A stretch of DNA of 63,994 nt, counting the filler, from Sandaracinaceae bacterium (GTDB lineage: Bacteria > Myxococcota_A > Polyangia > Polyangiales > JADJQN01), in NCBI GenBank assembly GCA_947483975.1. It is 7 parts of 7 records of this genome, joined end to end, with 100 filler letters (N's around TTAATTAATTAA, not from the genome) between each part and the next. Parts side by side here need not be neighbours in the genome. Positions count along the whole stretch, not along the records: positions 46,146 to 55,226 come from CANKOL010000217.1; positions 55,327 to 63,994 come from CANKOL010000226.1; 5 more parts are not named here. One strand, 5' to 3'. The position numbers and the translations under genes are program-made. The notes below the pieces were generated by a model that saw only the letters and a program-made list of their open reading frames with translations, ran no database searches and had not been told where the DNA came from. This document shows, in pieces, positions 54,420 to 63,994 of this stretch (within the stretch, counting starts at the first letter, position 1; every line of letters begins with the position of its first letter).

Positions 54420-54497
54420 CGCGTCGACGCTATCACGCGTGCGCGGCAGCGCGTAGTGCGAACACACCCGGCGCGCGTGCTGATATGTTGCCGCACC

Positions 54498-55082
54498 ATG
54501 AGAGTCCTCGTGACGGGCTTCGCGCCCTTCGGCGCGCACGCGTCGAACCCCTCGACCAACCTCGCGCACGCGCTGCACGGGATGGAGCACGAGGGCGCGT
54601 ACTTCGTCGCCTTCGCGCCGCTGCCGGTGCTCTACGCCGAGGCGGCGAAGGCAGCGCGCACGGCGGCGATGCACATCCAAGCAGACGCCATCGTCGCCAT
54701 CGGGCTCGCCGCGGCGACGGGCCATGTGCGCATCGAGCGGCAGGCGCGCAATCGCTCGTCCGCGACGGCGCCCGACGCCGCCGGGCGCCTCTGCGCGGAC
54801 GTCGTCATCGAGAGCGGCGGGCACGACGCGCTCCTGACGTCGCTCGACGCCGACGCGATCGCCAGCGAGATCGCGGCGACGGGCATCGCGTGCGCGGTCT
54901 CCGAGGACGCGGGCGACTACGTCTGCAACGACCTCTACTACCGCCTGCTCGCCGCCGCCCGACGCGGCGAGGCGCCGAGCCGCATCCTCTTCGTGCACAT
55001 CCCGGAGAACGCCGCCGAGCTGACCGACCTGCCGACGACGCTCGCCCGAGCCGTCGCGAAGGCGCTCCAAGCCAGCCGCTGA
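54498..55082 (+). CDS. pcp: Pyroglutamyl-peptidase I
   Basis: VLVTGFAPFG..NPS, RIER, DAGDYVCN and FVHIP catalytic triad motifs. Confidence 0.9.
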   Translation: MRVLVTGFAPFGAHASNPSTNLAHALHGMEHEGAYFVAFAPLPVLYAEAAKAARTAAMHIQADAIVAIGLAAATGHVRIERQARNRSSATAPDAAGRLCADVVIESGGHDALLTSLDADAIASEIAATGIACAVSEDAGDYVCNDLYYRLLAAARRGEAPSRILFVHIPENAAELTDLPTTLARAVAKALQASR

Positions 55083-55091
55083 TCGGAGCGT

Positions 55092-55226
55092 TGCTCAGCC
55101 TCCGAACGGCCAGCGAAATGCTCAGCCTCCGAACGGCCAGCGAAATGCTCAGCCTCCGAACGGCCAGCGAAATGCTCAGCCTCCGAACGGCCAGCGAAAT
55201 GCTCAGCCTCCGAACGGCCAGCGAAA
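55092..55226. repeat. Perfect 27-bp tandem repeat, at least 5 copies, running into the contig end
   Basis: TGCTCAGCCTCCGAACGGCCAGCGAAA x5, no spacers. Confidence 0.95.
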
Positions 55227-55326
55227 NNNNNNNNNNNNNNNNNNNNNNNNNNNNNNNNNNNNNNNNNNNNTTAATTAATTAANNNNNNNNNNNNNNNNNN
55301 NNNNNNNNNNNNNNNNNNNNNNNNNN
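55227..55326. other. Artificial contig linker
   Basis: N44-TTAATTAATTAA-N44. Confidence 0.99.
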
Positions 55327-55684
55327 CGAGCGCGCGAGCGCGCGCCGTCAGGTGCTCAGCGACCGCGCGAGCGAACGCGTCCGCGAACGGGTCGCGCGCA
55401 GGCGGCGCAGGAGGCTGCGGCGCGACCGGCGGCGCAGGGGGAGGAGGCGCAGGCGGCGCCATCACGTCGGGGCTCGGCGGCGAGGACGCGTCGAGCGCGC
55501 CGTCGTCCTGCGAGGAGTCGTCCTCCTCCCCAGTCGTGAAGAGCGGGCGCACGGTGACCTTCGGGGCGTCCGTCAGCCACGGCGCCGGGCTCACCTTCTC
55601 GTTGGACGTCATGAACGGCGTCGGGCTCACGGCGGGACCGCGGCGACCGCCGGCGCTGCCGCGCGTGAAGGGCTGCTCAGACAA
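55327..55684 (-). CDS. Probable FliH N-terminal part, truncated
   Basis: Overlaps the fliG end; Pro-rich then helical. Assigned mainly from the conserved fliF-fliG-fliH order. Confidence 0.55.
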
Positions 55685-56741
55685 GTTCGAGGTCCCCCTC
55701 GCGTGCGATCTGGATCGTGCCGTCCGCCTCGAGCTCGAGGGCCGCGTCGACGATCGCCGCCTGGGCGTTCTCGACGTCCGTGATGCGCACCGCGCCGAGC
55801 ATCTCGAGCTCCTCCCGGAGCATCGCCGCCGCGCGCTGCGAGAGGCTCGCGAGGATCTTCTCGCGGAGCTCCGCGCTCGCCGTCTTGAGCGCGACCACGA
55901 GCTGATCGGTCGCCACCGACTTGAGCAGCGCTTGCATCCCGCGCGCGTCGACGCCGCGCAGATCCTCGAAGACGAAGAGCGCCTTCTTGATCTTCTCGGC
56001 GGTGCTCGCGTCGGTCTCGGCGAGCCCCGAGAGCAGCGTCTGCGTGTCTTCCTTGCCGAGCTTCTTCACGAGCGCAGCGGCGACCTCGAGCCCGTTGACG
56101 GCGGCGGGCCCCGAGCTTCCGTCGGTCGTGATCTCCGACGCGAGCTGGGCCTCGATCGCGTGGATAACGTCGTCCGGCACCGCCTCGAGGCGCGCCAGCC
56201 GCTGGATGACCGCCACGCGGCGCTCTTGCGAGAAGTGCGCGAGCACCTCGGCGGCGCGCGTCGCGGGAACGCGCGAGAGCACCACGGCCGCCGTCTGCGC
56301 CGTCTCTTCTTCGAGGATCGCGACGAGCGTCCCGGTGTCGAGGCGCCCGACGACCGCCCCCGCCGGCCCGAGGGTCTCGTCGGAGAACACGGCCGCCGCC
56401 TTGCCGTCGCCGAGGGCGCGCGTCGCGAGCTTCTTCAGGTACGCCGTCGAGCCCTCGAGCGTCGGCGTGACGCCGAGCTTCGCGCGCTCGCTGAACTCGC
56501 GGTGCACGGCGTGCACTGCCGCCGGCGAGACCTGCTTGGTCGTCTCGCTCGCGATGCGCAGGCCGCGAAGCTCCGGGTCAGTCAGCTGCTTGATGATGCT
56601 GGTCGCGACCGGCTCATCGAGGCTCAGCAAGAAGAGCAGCGCCTTCTGAGCGCCCGAGAGCGCGTCCGCGCTGAGCACGACGGTGCCTGACGACGCCGGC
56701 ACGATCGCCGCGGGGCCCTTCGGCGGGGTCGACGTGCTCAT
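55677..56741 (-). CDS. fliG: Flagellar motor switch protein FliG
   Basis: LSGAQKALLFLLSL, EETAQTAAVVLS, LFVFEDL, SLSQRAAAMLREE and DVENAQ. Confidence 0.93.
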   Translation of the reverse strand: MSTSTPPKGPAAIVPASSGTVVLSADALSGAQKALLFLLSLDEPVATSIIKQLTDPELRGLRIASETTKQVSPAAVHAVHREFSERAKLGVTPTLEGSTAYLKKLATRALGDGKAAAVFSDETLGPAGAVVGRLDTGTLVAILEEETAQTAAVVLSRVPATRAAEVLAHFSQERRVAVIQRLARLEAVPDDVIHAIEAQLASEITTDGSSGPAAVNGLEVAAALVKKLGKEDTQTLLSGLAETDASTAEKIKKALFVFEDLRGVDARGMQALLKSVATDQLVVALKTASAELREKILASLSQRAAAMLREELEMLGAVRITDVENAQAAIVDAALELEADGTIQIAREGDLELV

Positions 56742-58450
56742 GTGGACTCCGCGAGCCAGCCGCGCACGATGTGCGCCGCGAGCTTGGGATCGTCACGGAC
56801 GATGTCGGACGCGAGCGGCGGAACCGGCGCACCCGCGGCGACCTCCGTGGGCGTCGCTCCGCCGAGCGCGCGAGCCTCGACCGCGACCTGCAGAGGCTCC
56901 CCGTGCCCACCGACGACCCGACCGATGCCGCCACCCGGCAGCGCGAGCTCGTTCGACTGCTTCCGCCCCGACCGCAGCCCGTACATCAGGAGCGCGAGCG
57001 CGACGAGCGCGGCGACGCCGAGCGCGAGGTCTCGCCCGTTGTCCTTGGCGAACGCGATGGCTGGGTTGACCGCAGGCTCGGGCGCCTCGACGACGGCCGG
57101 CGCGAACTGCACGCACTCGACGGTCACGCGGTCTCCGCGATCCGCCTGCACGCCGACGGCGCTCTCGACGATCGTGCGCACGCGGGTCAGCTCCTCGGCG
57201 GGGCGCGTGTGAAAGCGACGCTGCGCGCCGGTGCCGGTCCAGGTGCCGTCGACGACGACCGCGACGTCGAGGCGCGTCACGCGCCCGACCGGCTCGATGG
57301 CCCGCGTCGTGACCTTGCTGACCTCGTAGTTGCGCGTCTCGGTGCGACGCCCCGAGCTGCCCGAGCTCGCGACGCCCGCGGTCGCCGGAGAGGTCGGCGC
57401 AGTGGGAGCACCGGGAGTTCCTGGAGCGCCAGGAGCGCCGGGAGCGGCCGCGCCCGCGAGGGGAGGAGCAGCGGCTGCCCCGCCGGGCGTCGGGACCTGT
57501 CCGCCGGGCAAATTCGAAGGGGTGCCGGGCACGCCAGAGGTCGTCGGTCCCGAGGCGGCGCCGCCCTCCTCGGTGATCTGGAAGCTGCGCGTCGCGACCG
57601 TCTCGGGGTTGTAGCGCTCCTCGGTGCGCTCCTCGCGAGCGAAGCTGAGCTCCGCGGCGACGCGCACGATGGACACGCCCACGCCGAGCGTCGCGTCGAG
57701 CAGCTGCTGCACCGCGCGCTCCTTGCTGCGCTCGACCGAGCGCCGCACCTCGAGCGAGCGCGACGCGAGCTCCTCCTCCGCCTGCTCACCGCCGGCGAGC
57801 GGACGCCCGTCGCCATCGACGACGGTGACGTTCTCTGCGCTCAGCCCGCGCACCGACGACGCGACGAGGTGCACGACGCCGCGGACGCGATCGTCGCCGA
57901 TGCGCGCGCCCGTCCGCAGCTTGAGCACGACCGACGCCGTCGCCTGCGACTCGTCGGACGCGAAGAGGTTTCGCTGCGGCAGCACCAGGTGCACTCGCGC
58001 GCTCTCGACGCCGTCGAGGTGGCTGATCGTGCGGGAGAGCTCGCCCTCGAGCGCCCGGTGATACTTCACCTGCTCCGCGAACTCGCTCTCGCCGAAGCGC
58101 TGCTCGTCGAAGATCTCGAAGCCGACGCCCGTGCCGCGCGGCAGCCCCTCGGCCGCGAGCGCGAGCCGAGTCTCGTGCATCGTCGCGCCGGGCACCCAGA
58201 TCTGCGAGCCGTCGGCCTCGAGGCGGAAGGGCACGCGCGTCTCGCGCAGCTTCGCGACGACGGCCGCCGCGTCCTGCTCCTCGAGGTTCGAGTAGAGCAT
58301 CGCGTACGCCGGATCACGGCCGCGCAGCAGCACGAACGCGACGAGCGCGACGGTGACGAGCAAGCCCGCACCGATGCCCCAGCGGGCGCGGCTCGGCAGC
58401 GCGTCGAAGCGCTCGCGAGCGGCTGCATAGCGTGTGCGAAACTCGTCCAT
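56738..58450 (-). CDS. fliF: Flagellar MS-ring protein FliF
   Basis: LYSNL..DAA, GVGFEIFD, RALEGELSRTI, ARVHLVLP, ATASVVL and RNYEV; two TM helices. Confidence 0.95.
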   Translation of the reverse strand: MDEFRTRYAAARERFDALPSRARWGIGAGLLVTVALVAFVLLRGRDPAYAMLYSNLEEQDAAAVVAKLRETRVPFRLEADGSQIWVPGATMHETRLALAAEGLPRGTGVGFEIFDEQRFGESEFAEQVKYHRALEGELSRTISHLDGVESARVHLVLPQRNLFASDESQATASVVLKLRTGARIGDDRVRGVVHLVASSVRGLSAENVTVVDGDGRPLAGGEQAEEELASRSLEVRRSVERSKERAVQQLLDATLGVGVSIVRVAAELSFAREERTEERYNPETVATRSFQITEEGGAASGPTTSGVPGTPSNLPGGQVPTPGGAAAAPPLAGAAAPGAPGAPGTPGAPTAPTSPATAGVASSGSSGRRTETRNYEVSKVTTRAIEPVGRVTRLDVAVVVDGTWTGTGAQRRFHTRPAEELTRVRTIVESAVGVQADRGDRVTVECVQFAPAVVEAPEPAVNPAIAFAKDNGRDLALGVAALVALALLMYGLRSGRKQSNELALPGGGIGRVVGGHGEPLQVAVEARALGGATPTEVAAGAPVPPLASDIVRDDPKLAAHIVRGWLAEST

Positions 58451-58458
58451 CGGTTAGC

Positions 58459-58767
58459 TCAGGCCCCCATCCGCATGACTTCGCGATAAGCCTCGATGCA
58501 GCGGTTGCGCACGCTGGCGAGGAGGCGGAAGGAGATGTCGGCTTGAGCGCCGGCGATCATCGTGCCGTGCAGGTCGTTCTGCTGCCCCGCGGCGTATTCG
58601 TTCCCGAGCGTCTCGGCGGTGCGCGTGCGCTCGTCGGCGCCTGCCGCGACCTCGCGAAGACGCTCGCCGAAAGAAGTGCCGCTGACCTCGGGCGTCGCGG
58701 GACGCTCGATGCGCGGGAGCTCCATCGGGAGCGTGCGCGGGGCGATCGCTGTGAGATTGGCGGCCAT
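58459..58767 (-). CDS. fliE: Flagellar hook-basal body protein FliE
   Basis: DLHGTMIA..ADISF..VRNRCIEAYREVMRM. Confidence 0.92.
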   Translation of the reverse strand: MAANLTAIAPRTLPMELPRIERPATPEVSGTSFGERLREVAAGADERTRTAETLGNEYAAGQQNDLHGTMIAGAQADISFRLLASVRNRCIEAYREVMRMGA

Positions 58768-58772
58768 GGCGT

Positions 58773-59210
58773 TCAACCCGTGATGGACAAGGCGGAGCGC
58801 GCCATGCCCTTGATGGACTGCATCGCGGTGACGCCGGCTTCGTAGGCGCGCGAGGCGGTGATCATGTTGACCATCTCCTCGACGACGTTGACGTTCGGCA
58901 GCGCGACATAACCCTGCGGGTTCGCGTCGGGGTGCGTCGGGTCGTACACGAGCTGCGGGGCCGACTGGTCCTGCTGAATCGAGGTCACCTCGACCGTCGA
59001 CGCCGACTGCGCCGCGCTGTCGCTGACCAGCTCACCGAAGCGAGTGCCGACCGGCACCGCCTGAAAGACCGCGTCGAGGCGCTTGTACGGCCCGCCGGCC
59101 GCCGTGCGCGTCGTCCGCGCGTTGGCGAGGTTCGAGGCCAGCACGTTCATGCGCGTGCGCTGCGCGTCGAGCCCCGAGGCCGTGATCGTCATCGCCGTGA
59201 AGAAGTTCAT
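58773..59210 (-). CDS. flgC: Flagellar basal-body rod protein FlgC
   Basis: SGLDAQRTRMNVLASNLANA, YDPTHPDAN..GYV and EMVNMITASRAYEA; RBS AAGGAG. Confidence 0.96.
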   Translation of the reverse strand: MNFFTAMTITASGLDAQRTRMNVLASNLANARTTRTAAGGPYKRLDAVFQAVPVGTRFGELVSDSAAQSASTVEVTSIQQDQSAPQLVYDPTHPDANPQGYVALPNVNVVEEMVNMITASRAYEAGVTAMQSIKGMARSALSITG

Positions 59211-59248
59211 CGCTTGCTGTCTCCTTCGCTCAGTTCAGCCGAATCGGG

Positions 59249-59650
59249 TCAACCACCGGAGCCGTCGTTCGCCGCGTAGCGGAGCATCGCGAGGTTCGCG
59301 TTCACGATCTTCACCGCGCCGTCGTAGCGGAGGTCGTTCGCCGCGAGCTTCGACATCTCGCGCTCGAGGCTCACCGAGTTGCCGTCGAGGCCGGCGCCGA
59401 CGGTCGTGTCCACGGTGGACTCCGTCAGCAGCCCCGCGAGCTCTCCGCCGGAGACCTTGAAGTGCGCGGCGTCGGTGGTCGCGAGCGCGCGGGGGCTGCT
59501 CCCGTCGCCGTCGTCGGCGCGGAGCAGCTCCTGCGGATGGAAGCCGGGCGTGTCGACGTTGGCGACGTTGGACGAGATGACGCTGTGGCGCTCGAGATGG
59601 AAGTCGAGGGCCCGGTGCATCAGGTCGACGGCACGAAAGAGGTCAGCCAC
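59249..59650 (-). CDS. flgB: Flagellar basal-body rod protein FlgB
   Basis: ALD..RHSVISSNVANVDTPGF and DGNSVSLEREM. Confidence 0.94.
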   Translation of the reverse strand: MADLFRAVDLMHRALDFHLERHSVISSNVANVDTPGFHPQELLRADDGDGSSPRALATTDAAHFKVSGGELAGLLTESTVDTTVGAGLDGNSVSLEREMSKLAANDLRYDGAVKIVNANLAMLRYAANDGSGG

Positions 59651-59662
59651 GGAGTCGGTCTA

Positions 59663-59678
59663 AGCACTCGGTGTGCCA
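59663..59678 (-). promoter_or_regulatory. Sigma54 -24/-12 promoter of the flgB operon
   Basis: Minus strand TGGCACACCGAGTGCT with GG-N10-GC spacing, next to a sigma54 activator gene. Confidence 0.8.
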
Positions 59679-59840
59679 CCCGTGATCCGCCGTAGATCCT
59701 CGGACTTTTTCAGTGGCTCGGGCCCCGCGCGCCAAGAGCCTGACACTCTCGACCACCAACCGACGGAACGCCGACGGGGGCCCGACACACGTCGTGACCC
59801 CCGTAGACACCGCCGTTCCCCCCCTGCCAGCGCGCGGTCG

Positions 59841-61280
<1,440 letters not shown>

Positions 61281-61510
61281 GGTGTACTCCCCTGGAGGCA
61301 GCGACGGCCCATCGGGGCCTCCACAACGGACGTGTGCACGAAGATCTGTAGCGTAGCCATCGCGATTTTCACCCTCAGACCGCTTTGTGTACCGTGGACC
61401 ACAAACTTTGCATTCCGCGACGACCGACGGGCTTCCGCCCGGACCTCTGCGTGCGCCCGCGCGGCGCCGGCGCCGTAACGGACAGATGCGCCCAGGCGTA
61501 CAGAGTGCCC

Positions 61511-62122
61511 ATGCGCGCCACCCACCTCGCCTCGCTCGCCCTCTGGTGCCTGAACGCCACAGCGCTGACGGCGTGCGGCGGACCGGCGCACGCCGAGCGT
61601 GCTCAGGCGGCCGAGCGTGCTCAGGCGACCGAGACGGGCGCCGCTCCGAGTCGCCCGCTGGCCGCGGAGGCAGGACGCGCGACGGCAGGCGCAGCCGCGC
61701 CCGGGAGCGCGCACGCATGGCCGCCCGTCGGTGAACGCGTCACCCACTCCGAGACCGACTGGCACCAGCTGCTCACGCCCGTTCAATACGACATCCTCCG
61801 CGGAGGGGGCACCGAGCCACCCTTCACTGGACGGTACGTAGATCATCACGCTCAGGGTGTCTATTTATGTGCAGGCTGCGGCGCACCGCTTTTTTCTTCC
61901 CTTGATAAATTCGACTCGGGCACGGGTTGGCCGAGCTTCACGCGCACCGTCGAAACAGGGCGCGTGACGACGAATATCGACGAGAGCGCGGGCATGGTGC
62001 GCGACGCGCTGACCTGCGCGCGCTGCGGAGGACACCTCGGGCACGTCTTCGACGACGGCCCGGCGCCGACGGGGCAGCGCTTCTGCATCAATTCGGCGTC
62101 GCTCAATTTCGTCGCGGACTGA
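61511..62122 (+). CDS. msrB: Peptide-methionine (R)-S-oxide reductase with lipoprotein signal
   Basis: Lipobox LTAC; GTEPPFTG, CAGC, SGTGWPSF, CARC..HLGHVFDDGP and RFCINS. Confidence 0.95.
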   Translation: MRATHLASLALWCLNATALTACGGPAHAERAQAAERAQATETGAAPSRPLAAEAGRATAGAAAPGSAHAWPPVGERVTHSETDWHQLLTPVQYDILRGGGTEPPFTGRYVDHHAQGVYLCAGCGAPLFSSLDKFDSGTGWPSFTRTVETGRVTTNIDESAGMVRDALTCARCGGHLGHVFDDGPAPTGQRFCINSASLNFVAD

Positions 62123-62205
62123 CTTCGCAGCCGAGCGTCGCCGAATGACTGCGGGGGCGCGTCGCCGGCCCGCCGCGCGCCGTTGTACTCTCGGCGCAGG
62201 AGCCC

Positions 62206-63537
62206 ATGAAACCTTCGCGCGCGCTGCTCTCGTGGATCGCCGTCCTCACGGTCTTGGTGGGCTGCGCGGGAGCGATCTCAGGGACTCCGCGCGACCTCGA
62301 CGCCGGAGGCGGAGTCGACGCGAGCGCGCCCGACGGGGACGTCGCGGTCGACGCCGGGCCGCGAAGCGACGGCGACGTTCCAGCGGAGGACGGCGGCGCG
62401 AGCACGGGCGAGGACGCAGGGCCCATCAGCCTCGACGGCGGGCCCATCGGCGTCGACGCGGGACCCGTCGATGGCGGGCCCATCGGCGTCGACGCAGGCC
62501 CGCCGGCGCCGCCCACCTTCGAGACCGTGTTCTCGCGGCGCCCCGACACGAACGCGCGCGACACGACGGTCGAGACGCGCCTGATTCAGCTGATCGACTC
62601 GGCGGTCCCCGGCTCGCGCATCCGCGTCGCGATGTACTCGTTCACGCGCACCGGGCCGGCTGATGCGCTCGTGCGCGCGGCGGGGCGCGGCGTCGACGTG
62701 CGCATCCTGCTCGACGGCGGCGCCGACGGAGTCGGCTCGGAGGTCGGCACGCTGCGCACCGGACTCGGCGCGGCGAACGTGCACCTCTGCGACGCGCCGG
62801 GCACCGCCTGCGTCGGCTCCGGCATCATGCACCACAAGACTTTCCTCTTCTCTGCGCTCGACGACGGCTCGGCGAACGTCGTCGCGCAGGCGTCGCATAA
62901 TCTGACGACGACGCAGCTCACGATGCACAACAACGCCGTGATCATCCGCGGCGATGCGCTGCTCTTCGCCGCGTACGAGCGCACCTGGAACGACCTCTGG
63001 GCCGACCTCGAGAACCCGGACTATTACCGCATCGACGACGGCGCCCTCGGCACGCGCGTCTATTTCTATCCGCGCGCGACGGGCGGCGACACCTCGGTGT
63101 CGATCCTCAACAACATCACCTGCGACGGCACCGCGCGCATCCGCGTCGCGATGGCGTTCTTCACCGACGCGCGCAGCGACGTCGCGACGGCGCTCGCGGC
63201 GCGCGCTCGAGAGGGCTGCGATGTGCGGGTCGTCGCCGGAGACGACAGCATCCCGCTCGGCGCGACGGTCGCCTCGACGCTGACCGCCGGCGGCGTCGAT
63301 CTCGTGCGCTACCCGAACCGCAGCGGCTGGTCCCTGCACTCGAAGTACCTGCTGATCGACGCGGTCTACGCGGGCTCGACCGGGCACCGAAGGCTCGTCT
63401 TCACGGGCTCGCACAACTGGACCGGCCCGTCGCTGACGAGCAACGACGAGACGCAGCTGCGCGTCGAGGACGACGGCGTGTTCGACGCGTACTTGGCCGA
63501 TTGGGCGCACGTGCGCGCGTCGGCGCTGCGGCCCTGA
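62206..63537 (+). CDS. Phospholipase D/Nuc-like lipoprotein with two HKD-type motifs
   Basis: RBS AGGAG, lipobox LVGC, DGG/DAG linker, HHKTFLFS..ASHN and HSKYLLID..TGSHN. Confidence 0.85.
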   Translation: MKPSRALLSWIAVLTVLVGCAGAISGTPRDLDAGGGVDASAPDGDVAVDAGPRSDGDVPAEDGGASTGEDAGPISLDGGPIGVDAGPVDGGPIGVDAGPPAPPTFETVFSRRPDTNARDTTVETRLIQLIDSAVPGSRIRVAMYSFTRTGPADALVRAAGRGVDVRILLDGGADGVGSEVGTLRTGLGAANVHLCDAPGTACVGSGIMHHKTFLFSALDDGSANVVAQASHNLTTTQLTMHNNAVIIRGDALLFAAYERTWNDLWADLENPDYYRIDDGALGTRVYFYPRATGGDTSVSILNNITCDGTARIRVAMAFFTDARSDVATALAARAREGCDVRVVAGDDSIPLGATVASTLTAGGVDLVRYPNRSGWSLHSKYLLIDAVYAGSTGHRRLVFTGSHNWTGPSLTSNDETQLRVEDDGVFDAYLADWAHVRASALRP

Positions 63538-63566
63538 GCGGGCGCCGCCGACCTGACGGCCCGAGC

Positions 63567-63994
63567 TCAGGGAGCCGGCGCTGCGGCGCGCTCGGCGCGC
63601 ATGGTCTCGAGCTGAGTGCGGAGCGTGCCGTGGAGCCGCTGGAGGATCACGAGCCGCTCGCGGCGGAGGCGCGCGCCCTCCGTGTCACCGGCGCGCTCGG
63701 CCTCGGCGGCCGTCCCCTCGAGCTGACGGATCTGCGCCTCCTGCTCGGCGACCATGTTCTCCATCGCCTCGAGGCGCTGCGTCGCGAGCGGCGGGCGCGG
63801 CGTCCGCACGCCGGGCTGGAGCACCTGCGCCATGGGGACCGAGAGCTGCACGCCCCGCAACGCGGTGGCCGACAGCGGCAGCAAGGGCACACCGAACGGG
63901 CGAGGAGCGCCGGGCGGCACCGCGGCGGGCGCGCCCTCGGGCGCTGCCTCGACCGGCGCAGCGATCACCGCCTCGGGCGGCAAGACCGTCGGCA
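63567..63994 (-). CDS. Hypothetical protein with C-terminal coiled coil; 5' end outside the window
   Basis: Open frame, Pro-rich then heptad-like helix. Confidence 0.55.
   Translation of the reverse strand, partial: PTVLPPEAVIAAPVEAAPEGAPAAVPPGAPRPFGVPLLPLSATALRGVQLSVPMAQVLQPGVRTPRPPLATQRLEAMENMVAEQEAQIRQLEGTAAEAERAGDTEGARLRRERLVILQRLHGTLRTQLETMRAERAAAPAP

Noticed and set aside
55092..55226. 27-bp repeat as a CRISPR array
   Set aside because: Copies are head-to-tail with no spacers and no cas genes are visible.
53278..59650. FliQ/FliR-like genes appearing close to the flgB-fliH operon
   Set aside because: They are on different contigs separated by a linker, so the proximity is accidental.
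61850..61915. Short AT-rich patch inside msrB
   Set aside because: Only about 60 nt and encodes conserved YLC..PLFSS.DKF residues; too short to argue for foreign origin.

Overview
The window is not one locus. It is seven unrelated ~9.1 kb assembly contigs (1-9159, 9260-18390, 18491-27615, 27716-36836, 36937-46045, 46146-55226, 55327-end) joined by artificial 100-nt linkers (N44-TTAATTAATTAA-N44). Contig length falls steadily, as in a length-sorted draft genome or MAG, so adjacency across a linker means nothing. The DNA is very GC-rich (~70% by eye). Its gene content (giant Cys/Asp-rich repeat lipoproteins, FHA-sigma54 and FHA-GGDEF regulators, a LonD/BsgA-like protease) suggests Myxococcota, probably Polyangia/Sandaracinaceae-like; this is an inference. 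Recognisable genes include glmS, lon, gpsA, hpt, pcp, msrB, a flgBC-fliEFG(H) operon with a sigma54 promoter and a FleQ/FlrA-like activator, an isolated FliQ/FliR-like pair, an MmeI-like Type IIL restriction-modification enzyme, glycosyltransferases, an ABC exporter and two-component systems. No rRNA, tRNA, CRISPR array or transposase was found. The most unusual signals are: (1) three 9-codon mini-ORFs chained by ATGA overlaps, linking two genes at 33.6-33.7 kb; (2) other tandem duplications that copy gene ends together with their stop codons; (3) a divergent ATP-grasp ligase / M14 cytosolic carboxypeptidase pair that could be a peptide-tag writer and eraser; (4) a low-GC, apparently swapped specificity region inside the RM enzyme; (5) many TANNNT boxes 7-10 nt before start codons, suggesting frequent leaderless mRNAs. 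All family assignments are from motif recognition by eye, not database searches.
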